A stretch of 64,000 bases of DNA. Origin: Candidatus Doudnabacteria bacterium (lineage in GTDB: Bacteria > Patescibacteriota > Doudnabacteria > UBA920 > O2-02-FULL-48-8). The translations under genes and the position numbers were made by a program. The notes beneath the pieces were generated by a model. It searched no databases. It saw only the letters and a program-made list of their open reading frames with translations, and was not told the origin of the DNA. Below are positions 26,552-34,595 of the stretch, in pieces; position 1 is the stretch's first letter; the number at the start of each line of letters is the position of its first letter. Where the stretch lies: contig JACPFQ010000004.1 of the NCBI GenBank assembly GCA_016182875.1, positions 99,203-163,202 on the forward strand, given 5' to 3'.

Positions 26552-28138
26552 ATGATGTTTGCACAGATTTTTGTCGTCGTGGCGATTCTGGCTTCGGCCG
26601 GCGTCGCTTCCGCGCAAACGGTCTTTACTCCTTCCCTAAGAATTCCTGGGATTGGAGTAGAGCGAAAGAACATCAGCGGCGCGGTCCTGGACGATCGCAT
26701 CCGCAAGATAATTCTTTCACGGCAGTTCTGGCTCTTGCGGCAGGAATGCGCCAAGGATGCACCCAAGCGGCTGTTCGACAACTATTGGCGAATCATTGAG
26801 CCGGTGGCGGCGATTGAGCCCAGGCTTGATCCGTACATCATCGGAGCGCTGATTACTCTCGAAAGCTGCGTCGTTGAGAAAGCCGACAACGGGTTTGGTC
26901 CAGTTGGACTTTGCCAGATCGATATCGCGTCGGGCAAGGACCTCGGCATGAAGGTTCATGTTGAGCGGCGGTTCCGGTTGGTGCCGAGAAAAAATAGCCG
27001 CGGACAGATCCTCAAGGACAGGCGTGGAAGAGCGCTCGCTCGGCGCGTGTACTACTGGTATACCTATCCTGACGACGAGCGATGGGATCCAGCGAAGTGC
27101 ATCATGGGCATGCGCAATCGTCTGCTGCGCAGCTACAACGCCTACGGTTCGATGGATGCAACGCTCGCCGAGTACCACATGGGGCCAACGCGCATGAATC
27201 GTCTACTCTCGCTCTATACGGGTCAAAACGTGGTCAGGAATCCGACCAAAAAGGGCGAGGTCGCGGCCAAAGAAGTCATCGCGAAGCGGCAATTGCGCTA
27301 CGCGAAGATCTTCTTCGACAACACTCCGAGCTGGCGGCGCAGCGTCTGGCTTTACCTCAAGCGACTGCCTGACGACTCGGAAACGTACTACTTCAAAGAA
27401 GCCATGTGGGAAGGACTGCTTCGGTTTTACCATGACCCGCGGTACGGCGGCGGACCCGCGGCGTACGAACGACTGCAAGCCCGATACAGCGGGGCCTCTA
27501 GCCCAATGTGGTCGTTCTTCACGGAGGAGGAGCGTCAGCAGTATATGATCATGACCGTTGAGGCACTGGCCAAGGCGTACGATCCGCCCAGGCCTGGCGA
27601 GGGCGCGCGGCTCGTCCCGTTGCCTCAAGACCCGGCGTTCTTTGGGTTCAGGCCGAGACTTGAGGGGTCATCGCCGATTGGGGCGAAAGCGCTGAAACCG
27701 CAAGACAGACCATACTACATCGGGTCTGAAGCTTCAACGCTCGGCGCGCTCGTCTACATTTCTTACGAGCTTAGGCGGCTGACGGGGGCTGGGTTTCGGA
27801 TTTTGGAGACCAACTCGCTCGTCCGAGACAACGATTATCAGTTGCGTTTAAGAACTGATAACGTGAATGCGCGCACCAGCCTGCCCACGCACGTGATGGC
27901 CAAGGCCTTCGATCTTCCCTACAACTGGATGAGTCCGCAACTGCGGGAGAACTTGGAGTTCCTCCTGCAGGACCTGGCGTATGACGGCAAGCTGACATTC
28001 AGCCCCGAGTCAGGGAGCCAGCATACCGACCATGTCGTTCCTCATCCCGACGCGGAAGAGTTCTTCGACAAGGTCTACGCTGGAGCCGAACGTCAGCTGG
28101 CGGCGCGAAATGCCGCTCGTCGTGCAAACACCCAATAA
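26552..28138 (+). CDS. Secreted putative peptidoglycan hydrolase: signal peptide + lytic-transglycosylase (SLT)-like domain + C-terminal domain with an H-x6-D ... HxxH metal-site-like pattern (peptidase-like)
   Basis: Signal peptide MMFAQIFVVVAILASAGVASAQ. ITLESCVV...GFGPVGLCQI matches the SLT ES...GLMQ pattern. C-terminal SLPTHVMAKAFD and HTDHVVPH. SD AGGAGGGAG before the ATG. Confidence 0.5.
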   Translation: MMFAQIFVVVAILASAGVASAQTVFTPSLRIPGIGVERKNISGAVLDDRIRKIILSRQFWLLRQECAKDAPKRLFDNYWRIIEPVAAIEPRLDPYIIGALITLESCVVEKADNGFGPVGLCQIDIASGKDLGMKVHVERRFRLVPRKNSRGQILKDRRGRALARRVYYWYTYPDDERWDPAKCIMGMRNRLLRSYNAYGSMDATLAEYHMGPTRMNRLLSLYTGQNVVRNPTKKGEVAAKEVIAKRQLRYAKIFFDNTPSWRRSVWLYLKRLPDDSETYYFKEAMWEGLLRFYHDPRYGGGPAAYERLQARYSGASSPMWSFFTEEERQQYMIMTVEALAKAYDPPRPGEGARLVPLPQDPAFFGFRPRLEGSSPIGAKALKPQDRPYYIGSEASTLGALVYISYELRRLTGAGFRILETNSLVRDNDYQLRLRTDNVNARTSLPTHVMAKAFDLPYNWMSPQLRENLEFLLQDLAYDGKLTFSPESGSQHTDHVVPHPDAEEFFDKVYAGAERQLAARNAARRANTQ

Positions 28139-28162
28139 AAAAACCGCCCCGGAGGAGGCGGT
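28133..28162 (-). terminator. Rho-independent terminator for the minus-strand membrane-protein gene (hairpin CCGCC-ccggagga-GGCGG followed by a T-run on the minus strand)
   Basis: aaaaaaaaccgccccggaggaggcgg on the plus strand. Confidence 0.55.
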
Positions 28163-28215
28163 GAGTGCGGGGCCCGGGAATTGAAACGTTTAATGTTTCT
28201 GCCCGGGTCCTGTTT

Positions 28216-28791
28216 TTATTCCCTCAGCCCGGGTGCTTTGGCTTCGGGCGGGAGCTTGTCGTACAAATCAGAAATCAATTTGGAGACCGCGGTCGGGTTT
28301 GGGATGCGCGAGAACACGAACCGCTCGACTTCGCCGGCGGTTTGGATGTGGACATTGCCGTAATTTAAAAACGTCGGGAAAAAACCCTTAACCTCGGCCG
28401 TGACATCCTGCATGCGCGAGAGATAAACTTCGGAAATTTTGTGATGAATCAGGGAGTGCTGGTCAATGTCGACCACGCGCTCGTTGGTGACAATCTGGAC
28501 GTTGAGATAGTAAATCACCCAAAGCATGAGCAGGCCCAGGATCAGAAACAGCAGGTAGATGCTTTTGAGCAAAGCGTAAATTTCTTGGTAGGGAGAGACA
28601 AAGATAAAGGATGCGTAGTGGGGAAGGTATTGGTCAGCCAAAACCAGAATGGCCACGAACAGTAGCCAAAGTGCGAATCTGAGGGCAAATACAAACCAGT
28701 GCTGGCGGATGACGAGGTAAACTTCCTCGTTTTCCTGCTGGCCGGGGAACAGATTTTGCTTGAAGTGTTGTTTGAGGGTTGGCCAGTACAT
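28216..28791 (-). CDS. Hypothetical membrane protein (two TM helices plus a cytoplasmic domain)
   Basis: I prefer the start at M14 (MYWPTLKQ), where the repeated leader cassette ends exactly at the ATG; the track start is 28830. Confidence 0.5.
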   Translation of the reverse strand: MYWPTLKQHFKQNLFPGQQENEEVYLVIRQHWFVFALRFALWLLFVAILVLADQYLPHYASFIFVSPYQEIYALLKSIYLLFLILGLLMLWVIYYLNVQIVTNERVVDIDQHSLIHHKISEVYLSRMQDVTAEVKGFFPTFLNYGNVHIQTAGEVERFVFSRIPNPTAVSKLISDLYDKLPPEAKAPGLRE

Positions 28792-28796
28792 GATAG

Positions 28797-28868
28797 AATT
28801 TTGAATGATTAATTTTGAATTTTGATTCAAATTCGAATTTCAGAAATTAGAATATTCATTCGAAATTC
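28797..28868 (-). repeat. Copy 1 of a ~75-90-bp AT-rich promoter/leader cassette ending at the ATG of the downstream gene
   Basis: aattttgaatgattaattttgaattttgattcaaattcgaatttcagaaattagaatattcattcgaaatt; near-identical to copies 2 and 3. Confidence 0.6.
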
Positions 28869-28903
28869 CCGCCGGAGGCGAGGCTCGCCCAAGGCGGCAA
28901 AAC

Positions 28904-29128
28904 TCAAAATTTAATGCTGTTCAAATCGGTTTGGGCGGCGGCGAATAAGCTTGCGGCAATGATGATGTAAAGCAAAGACACGCTCGCGGAAACCAGTTTG
29001 GAGCGTCCGAAGCGGTTGAGGGCGTAGAGCGCCAGAAAGCTATAAAGCGCAAACCCGGCCATGAGGACATAGAAAACCAGCGCGATTATTGTGTGAATGA
29101 GATTTGTTGGTTCGTAGACAGTGAGCAT
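28904..29128 (-). CDS. Small hypothetical membrane protein (74 aa, 2 TM)
   Basis: The ATG coincides with the end of cassette copy 2; two hydrophobic helices. Confidence 0.5.
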   Translation of the reverse strand: MLTVYEPTNLIHTIIALVFYVLMAGFALYSFLALYALNRFGRSKLVSASVSLLYIIIAASLFAAAQTDLNSIKF

Positions 29129-29219
29129 GAATTTTGAATGATTAATTTTGAATTTTGATTCAAATTCGAATTTCAGAAATTAGAATATTCATTCGAAATT
29201 CTAAAATCGAAATTCAAAA
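29129..29219 (-). repeat. Copy 2 of the AT-rich promoter/leader cassette (between the ruvB stop and the small membrane-protein gene)
   Basis: gaattttgaatgattaattttgaattttgattcaaattcgaatttcagaaattagaatattcattcgaaattctaaaatcgaaatt... Confidence 0.6.
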
Positions 29220-30257
29220 TTATAATAAAGTCTCTCCTTTGGTTTCTTTTGCCGTAACTTTCAAATGCTCATAGGCCGCTGGCGTGGCTACGCGTCCTTT
29301 GGGTGTGCGGGCGATGAAGCCGAGCCTTAAGAGGTAAGGCTCGTAAACATCTTCCAAGGTTTCGGCTTCTTCCGAGGTCGCGGCGGCCAAGGATGTAATC
29401 CCCACCGGCCCGCCGCCGAATTTTTCGATAATGGTCAGAAGCATGCGCCGGTCGTTGGCGTCCAGTCCCAGGCTGTCGACCTCCAGCATGTCCAAAGCTT
29501 CCTGCGCCACCGAATCGATGATTCGCCCGGCGGCTTTGACCTGGGCGTAGTCGCGCACGCGCTTGAGCAGTCGATTGGCGATTCTGGGAGTTCTCCTCGC
29601 CCTGCGGGCGATTTCTTTCCGCCCGCCTTCGTTTATCTTGATTTTCAAAATATTGGCCGCCCGCTCAATGATTTTTTCGATTTCATCTTCTTCGTAATAG
29701 TCAAGCCGCAGAGTGGAGCCAAACCGGTCGCGAAGCGGAGAAGAAATAAGTCCGATCCGGGTCGTGGCGCCGATCAATGTAAATTTGGGAAGGTCAAGAC
29801 GCAGCGCTTTTGCTCCGGCGCCTTTTCCCAGGACAATATCCAAGCAGTAGTCCTCCATAGCCGGGTAAAGAATTTCTTCGACGACCTTGTTTAGGCGGTG
29901 GACCTCGTCGATGAACAAAACGTCATTGGGTTCAAGGCTGGTTAGGAGAGAGGCGAGATCCCCGGTTTTTTCTATGGCCGGGCCAGAAGTGATTTTGATG
30001 GCCACCCCGATTTCGCGGGCGATGATGTGGGCGAGCGTGGTCTTGCCCAGTCCCGGCGGCCCGTAGAGCAGAATATGCTCCAGCGTTTCCTTTCTTTTTT
30101 TTGCGGCATCAATGAAGATTTTGAGGTTGTCCTTGATTTTGGTTTGCCCGACGTACTCATTCAAGCTTTGCGGCCTCAGCGTTGCCTCAAAAAACCCTTC
30201 ATCTTTGGTTTGTTCTGGGTTGATGATGTCTATTTCTTCAGTGTTGGTGTTAATCAT
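29220..30257 (-). CDS. ruvB: Holliday junction branch-migration helicase RuvB
   Basis: AAA+ Walker [19 protein letters not shown]; RuvB C-terminal winged helix. Confidence 0.95.
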   Translation of the reverse strand: MINTNTEEIDIINPEQTKDEGFFEATLRPQSLNEYVGQTKIKDNLKIFIDAAKKRKETLEHILLYGPPGLGKTTLAHIIAREIGVAIKITSGPAIEKTGDLASLLTSLEPNDVLFIDEVHRLNKVVEEILYPAMEDYCLDIVLGKGAGAKALRLDLPKFTLIGATTRIGLISSPLRDRFGSTLRLDYYEEDEIEKIIERAANILKIKINEGGRKEIARRARRTPRIANRLLKRVRDYAQVKAAGRIIDSVAQEALDMLEVDSLGLDANDRRMLLTIIEKFGGGPVGITSLAAATSEEAETLEDVYEPYLLRLGFIARTPKGRVATPAAYEHLKVTAKETKGETLL

Positions 30258-30275
30258 GGGTTAATTATAACAGCA

Positions 30276-30365
30276 TGAATTTTGAATTACTAATTTTGAA
30301 TTTTGATTCAAATTCGAATTTCAGAAATTAGAATATTCATTCGAAATTCTAAAATCGAAATTATA
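30276..30365 (-). repeat. Copy 3 of the cassette (upstream of ruvB), here followed by a 3-codon mini-ORF (ATG CTG TTA TAA) before the ruvB ATG
   Basis: gaattttgaattactaattttgaattttgattcaaattcgaatttcagaaattagaatattcattcgaaattctaaaatcgaaatt. Confidence 0.55.
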
Positions 30366-31791
30366 AATTCTCAAGAAACTTGATTCCATGATACACTCCC
30401 CAGCCGGAAGCACCCGCCGGCATATGCGGCCTGCTTTTTACGGTCCACGCCGTGCCCGCGATGTCGAAGTGAATCCAGGGAGTCTTGTCCACGAAGCTTA
30501 ACAGAAACAGGCTGGCCGTGATTGCCCCGCCCAGGCCCTTGTCGCCGGTGTTTTTGAGGTCCGCAATTTGGCTTTTAAGCTGGTCCTGGTATTCGTTCGG
30601 CAGGGGCATGAGCCACAATTTCTCTCCGGTCGCTTTCGCAGCTTTTGTCAGCTGCTGGTTATATTTTTCGCTGTTTCCGAAAGCCCCGGTCAGCTCGTCG
30701 CCCAAAGCGATGATGATGGCGCCGGTTAAGGTCGCGTAGTCGAGGATAAGCTTTGGCTGATAATGTTTCTTGGCGTAAGTAATGGCATCGGCCAAAATCA
30801 GCCGTCCTTCGGCGTCGGTGTTGATGATCTCTACGGTTTTGCCTGACATGGAGGTTAGGATATCGCCCGGCTTGGTCGCTCTTCCCGAAAGCAAATTTTC
30901 CGCGGACGGGATTAATCCCACCAGAGAAGTTTTAAGCTTGAGTTGGGCGGCAGCCTCGATTATTCCAAGGACCGTGGCGCCTCCGCACATATCGTACTTC
31001 ATTTCCTCCATTCGCTCCGCCGGCTTGATGGATATGCCGCCGCTGTCAAAAGTCAGCCCCTTGCCAATGAGCACAATCGGGTTTTGGTTCGAGGATTTTT
31101 TAGGAAGATACTCAATCACGATGAATTTAGGCGGTTCGTCCGAGCCGCGCGACACTCCAAGCAGCAGGCCCATGTTCTCTTTCTTGATATCTTTGGCGTC
31201 CAAGACTTTGAGTTTGAGCCGGTATTTGTCCGCAATCAGTTTGGCATGCTGCGCCAGATGAGCAGGCGTTGCGATGTTCGCCGGATGGTTGGCCAAATCG
31301 CGCGCTTTGTTTGCAGCCGATGCAACCATTGAGCCTCGCGCTATCGCTTTTTCCATGGCCTTGGTAATTCGGGGAACGGCCAAATAGATGTTTTCGAGAT
31401 TTATTTTTTCCTTTTCCTGTTTGTAGTAGTTAAATGAGTAGGAAGCAAAAACCGCGGCAAAGGAAATAATCTCAACGGCATCCGGGCTTTGAAGCTCCCG
31501 CAGGTCCCTAAGCAGGATTTGCAGCGAGGATGTCTTAAATTTTTTGGAAGCAGAAACAGCGGTCTGAATGGCCGTTCTTAAGCTTGCTGGGTTGAAGTTT
31601 TTATTTTCTCCCAAGCCCAAAAGCATCATTCGTCCCAGATTCTCTGAGTAAACCACGTGGGTTTCATTGGCCTTGCCTGTAAAATCTTGCAAGCCTAAAA
31701 CTTTAAACTCCTCGGCCGGCTGTTTTTTGGCAAACAAGGGAATGATTGTCAGGTCAGATTTATTGAGTTGTTTGGTCAGGCGGAGTTTCAT
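30361..31791 (-). CDS. pepA: Leucyl aminopeptidase (peptidase M17)
   Basis: NTDAEGRL signature and the conserved M17 catalytic region. Confidence 0.9.
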   Translation of the reverse strand: MKLRLTKQLNKSDLTIIPLFAKKQPAEEFKVLGLQDFTGKANETHVVYSENLGRMMLLGLGENKNFNPASLRTAIQTAVSASKKFKTSSLQILLRDLRELQSPDAVEIISFAAVFASYSFNYYKQEKEKINLENIYLAVPRITKAMEKAIARGSMVASAANKARDLANHPANIATPAHLAQHAKLIADKYRLKLKVLDAKDIKKENMGLLLGVSRGSDEPPKFIVIEYLPKKSSNQNPIVLIGKGLTFDSGGISIKPAERMEEMKYDMCGGATVLGIIEAAAQLKLKTSLVGLIPSAENLLSGRATKPGDILTSMSGKTVEIINTDAEGRLILADAITYAKKHYQPKLILDYATLTGAIIIALGDELTGAFGNSEKYNQQLTKAAKATGEKLWLMPLPNEYQDQLKSQIADLKNTGDKGLGGAITASLFLLSFVDKTPWIHFDIAGTAWTVKSRPHMPAGASGWGVYHGIKFLENL

Positions 31792-32914
31792 TTACGTTTT
31801 GATTACTGGTGGGATTGGGGATGTTGGATTCGACTGTCGAGATTTTGGGAAACAGGGCCGGCGGGAGGTAAGTGCTTCGGAAGGTTTGTTTTTTCTCCTC
31901 GCCGGGGTAGGCCACCGTCCTGGTCCAGACGGCTTTCATGGACCCGTCTTCCTTTTTATCATATTGGTAGGGGCCGTCGAAGGTGACACTGCGTTCATCT
32001 TTCGTGCCATAGAAATCAAAGTATAACTTATTGCCGTCAATTCTCGTGGCAATCAATAAGTGGCTTGCCAAATCGTTGGTGAATTTAAAGTCTGTGGCTC
32101 CCGGGTAAATAGTGGCGTCCGTGCCTTGCGGGGCATAGTAGCGGACAGCAAAAGAATGATTGCGCCGCTCGGTTATGGGGAGGCCCGCATTCATGGCCGC
32201 CCGGAAGGTCGTGGAAGAAACCTGGCATAATCCTCCCCCAAATTCCGGCACCAGGCCGATTTTTTTGATTACCAGTTCGGGCAAAAAGCCGTTTTGTTCA
32301 TCAACATCTCCCAGGAACTTATTAAAGGAAAATTCTTCACCGGGCTTAAACATAATTCCGTTGAATTTTGCAGAACCGACTTTGATGTTGTGAATCCGGT
32401 TTTTGGGTGAGCCCGAGAAGTCCGACTCGCCCTCTGCCACCAATTCGTTGATGCCTAAATCATTGGTTTCCGAAAGCCTTACGGGAGGAAAGGCAATGAG
32501 CACGGGCAGCTGCTCGTCATCAGCAGACAAATCAGTCAGGGAACGGTAAAGAGCGAAGACATCCAGGATTTGACCGTTTTGCCCCGGGTCAAATTCCAAG
32601 ACTTTTTCACCATTCCAAATAAGCTTGGCGCTTCTGGCAGATTGGTTGATTTGACTGCTTAAGCTTTCGACTTCACCCAAAGTTTGGGAATCAAGTAAAC
32701 TCGTCCTTGGGGGTTCTAAGTTAAGCAGGGTCTGTTTAACGATGCTTTCGAGATTAGGCGCTCTGACGCCCAAGTCGGCCGCTGTTCCAGCGGTTGCCGG
32801 ATTAAATTCATAGGTTTTATTTTCAAAATTAAAAGTCTTGGCCTCTATCCGTTTAGAGCAGGCTAGAGACAAAAAAATGAAGAGGAACAGGCTAATTTTT
32901 GTATAGCGTGACAT
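31760..32914 (-). CDS. VanW-family protein
   Basis: GGGLCQVSSTTFRAA VanW motif; I prefer the start at M9 (MSRYTKISLFLFIFLSLAC, lipoprotein-like) over the track start at 32938. Confidence 0.75.
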   Translation of the reverse strand: MSRYTKISLFLFIFLSLACSKRIEAKTFNFENKTYEFNPATAGTAADLGVRAPNLESIVKQTLLNLEPPRTSLLDSQTLGEVESLSSQINQSARSAKLIWNGEKVLEFDPGQNGQILDVFALYRSLTDLSADDEQLPVLIAFPPVRLSETNDLGINELVAEGESDFSGSPKNRIHNIKVGSAKFNGIMFKPGEEFSFNKFLGDVDEQNGFLPELVIKKIGLVPEFGGGLCQVSSTTFRAAMNAGLPITERRNHSFAVRYYAPQGTDATIYPGATDFKFTNDLASHLLIATRIDGNKLYFDFYGTKDERSVTFDGPYQYDKKEDGSMKAVWTRTVAYPGEEKKQTFRSTYLPPALFPKISTVESNIPNPTSNQNVNETPPDQTTQ

Positions 32915-33320
32915 TTCGGCTGCCGGGTTGGCTGGCAAAAGATATCTTAATAATCAGCTCGCAGTATTTTTTCAGGCTTGGAAATTTATCGACCCATTCG
33001 ATTATCACGAAGTCGGATTTTTGCTTGAGGGTGGGAATGATCCCCAGCGGTTCCAGGTCAGAAGATTTGTCAAGACGATAAAGGTCGATATGATGGAGCT
33101 GCCTTTTGCCTGCGCTGTGGCTATCGATTATAGTAAAAGTGGGGCTTTTTATTTTTTTGACGCCCAAGCCCCGGGCGAAGTTTTTTACAAAGGTGGTTTT
33201 GCCAGCTCCCAAAGGCCCGATTAATCCAATCACGGCACCGCTGTGTGCGTACTTTTTGGCCAGCCTCGCCGCCAACCGTTTGAATTCCGATAAGGAAAGC
33301 CTAGGCAGCTTTTGAACCAT
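32892..33320 (-). CDS. tsaE: tRNA threonylcarbamoyladenosine biosynthesis protein TsaE
   Basis: P-loop LIGPLGAGKTTFVK, 142 aa. Confidence 0.85.
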   Translation of the reverse strand: MVQKLPRLSLSEFKRLAARLAKKYAHSGAVIGLIGPLGAGKTTFVKNFARGLGVKKIKSPTFTIIDSHSAGKRQLHHIDLYRLDKSSDLEPLGIIPTLKQKSDFVIIEWVDKFPSLKKYCELIIKISFASQPGSRNVTLYKN

Positions 33321-33398
33321 AAGCTATTTTAGCTCCGACGCTCGACCCTGTCGAGGTCGGAGTCCCGCACCGAAGCGTCGGGACAGTTTGACGCGACC
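33321..33398. repeat. GC-rich nested hairpins (CTCCGAC...GTCGGAG family) in the tsaE / DHH divergent intergenic region
   Basis: CTCCGAC-GCTCGAC-cct-GTCGAG-GTCGGAG followed by GTCCCG-caccgaagcgt-CGGGAC. Confidence 0.5.
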
Positions 33399-34568
33399 TT
33401 GTTAATGGGGTATATTAAACGGATTTACATTAGTAAATTTATGCAGCAAGCCGATTTTATAAGGATTGTAGACAGGCTCAACCAAGCCAGCAATATCCTG
33501 ATTCTAACCCCCCATACCGCGTCCGCGGATGACCTCGCGGCTTCCTTGGCGCTGCGCGGATTTCTTACCAAACTTGATAAAGAAACGACGCTGGTCAGCC
33601 CCGGGGCCTTGTCTGAAAAATATAATTTTTTGCCGCAATTCGAGCAGGTTAGAACCGACTTACAAGTGTCAAAAAATTTCATTATCGACGTTTCCACCAA
33701 GCGGGTAGCCATTGACGAGCTGTCCTATAAGAAGGAAGAAGACAAACTTTCGATTTTCATCAAGCCCAAAAATGACCAGTTCACCAAAGATGATGTCAGC
33801 GTCCGCACTTCTGACTTGCCCTTTGATTTGGTGATTCTAATCGGGGTTTCTTCCCTGGACAGTTTGGGGGAGTTTTACAGCAAGAATACCGAATTATTTT
33901 TCGAAGCGCCGGTGGTCAATATCGATTACAAGTCAACCAATGAAAATTATGGGCAGTTCAACCTCGTTGATTTGTCTGCGACTTCCAATTCCGAAATAAT
34001 TTTTGATCTCATCAATAGCTACGAAAGTTCGATGCTCGACGCCGAGATCGCCACCTCGCTTCTGACCGGCATCATCGCCGAGACCAACAGCTTTCAGCAT
34101 TCGCGCACCACTCCCAGTACTTTCCTTAAGGCGTCGCAGCTGGTCAGCCTGGGGGCGAACCAGCGCGAGATTATTGGCCGCCTCTTCAAAACCAAGACTT
34201 TAAGTTTTCTCAAGCTCTGGGGCCGCGTGCTGGCCCGCCTTAAGCAAGAGCCGGCCATGTCCTTGGTGTACTCCGTCGCCAACGCTTCGGATATCCAAAA
34301 ATCCGGGGCCGCCGCCGAAGACGTCAGGCAGATTATCAAGGAGATGTCGTTTCAGTTGTCTTTTGCCAAGATTTTTTTGTTTTTGGCGGAAACTTCCAAT
34401 CATCATATTGAAGTTTTTGCCTTCTCGACCGTGCCTTTGAATTTAAGCCAGGTCTTCGCTTCATTCAAACCGGAAGTAATAGGCAGCGTCGTCAGGTTTG
34501 AGGTCAATGCGGACCTAAACCAAGCCGAAATTGAAGTCTTAAACAAGCTCAAAGAAACTGTTTTGTAG
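33399..34568 (+). CDS. DHH-family phosphoesterase (NrnA-like, DHH + DHHA1)
   Basis: DHH and DHHA1 layout; the start may be the internal M at ~33441. Confidence 0.7.
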   Translation: MLMGYIKRIYISKFMQQADFIRIVDRLNQASNILILTPHTASADDLAASLALRGFLTKLDKETTLVSPGALSEKYNFLPQFEQVRTDLQVSKNFIIDVSTKRVAIDELSYKKEEDKLSIFIKPKNDQFTKDDVSVRTSDLPFDLVILIGVSSLDSLGEFYSKNTELFFEAPVVNIDYKSTNENYGQFNLVDLSATSNSEIIFDLINSYESSMLDAEIATSLLTGIIAETNSFQHSRTTPSTFLKASQLVSLGANQREIIGRLFKTKTLSFLKLWGRVLARLKQEPAMSLVYSVANASDIQKSGAAAEDVRQIIKEMSFQLSFAKIFLFLAETSNHHIEVFAFSTVPLNLSQVFASFKPEVIGSVVRFEVNADLNQAEIEVLNKLKETVL

Positions 34569-34595
34569 ACTCCTGGCCGGTGGTATAATGCTGGT

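Noticed and set aside
28797-30365. Considered whether the three near-identical AT-rich repeats constitute a CRISPR array
   Set aside because: Only three copies with irregular spacing (~330 bp and ~1.15 kb); genes lie between them; the repeats are 75-90 bp and each abuts a start codon; no cas genes are nearby. They are better explained as a duplicated promoter/leader cassette.
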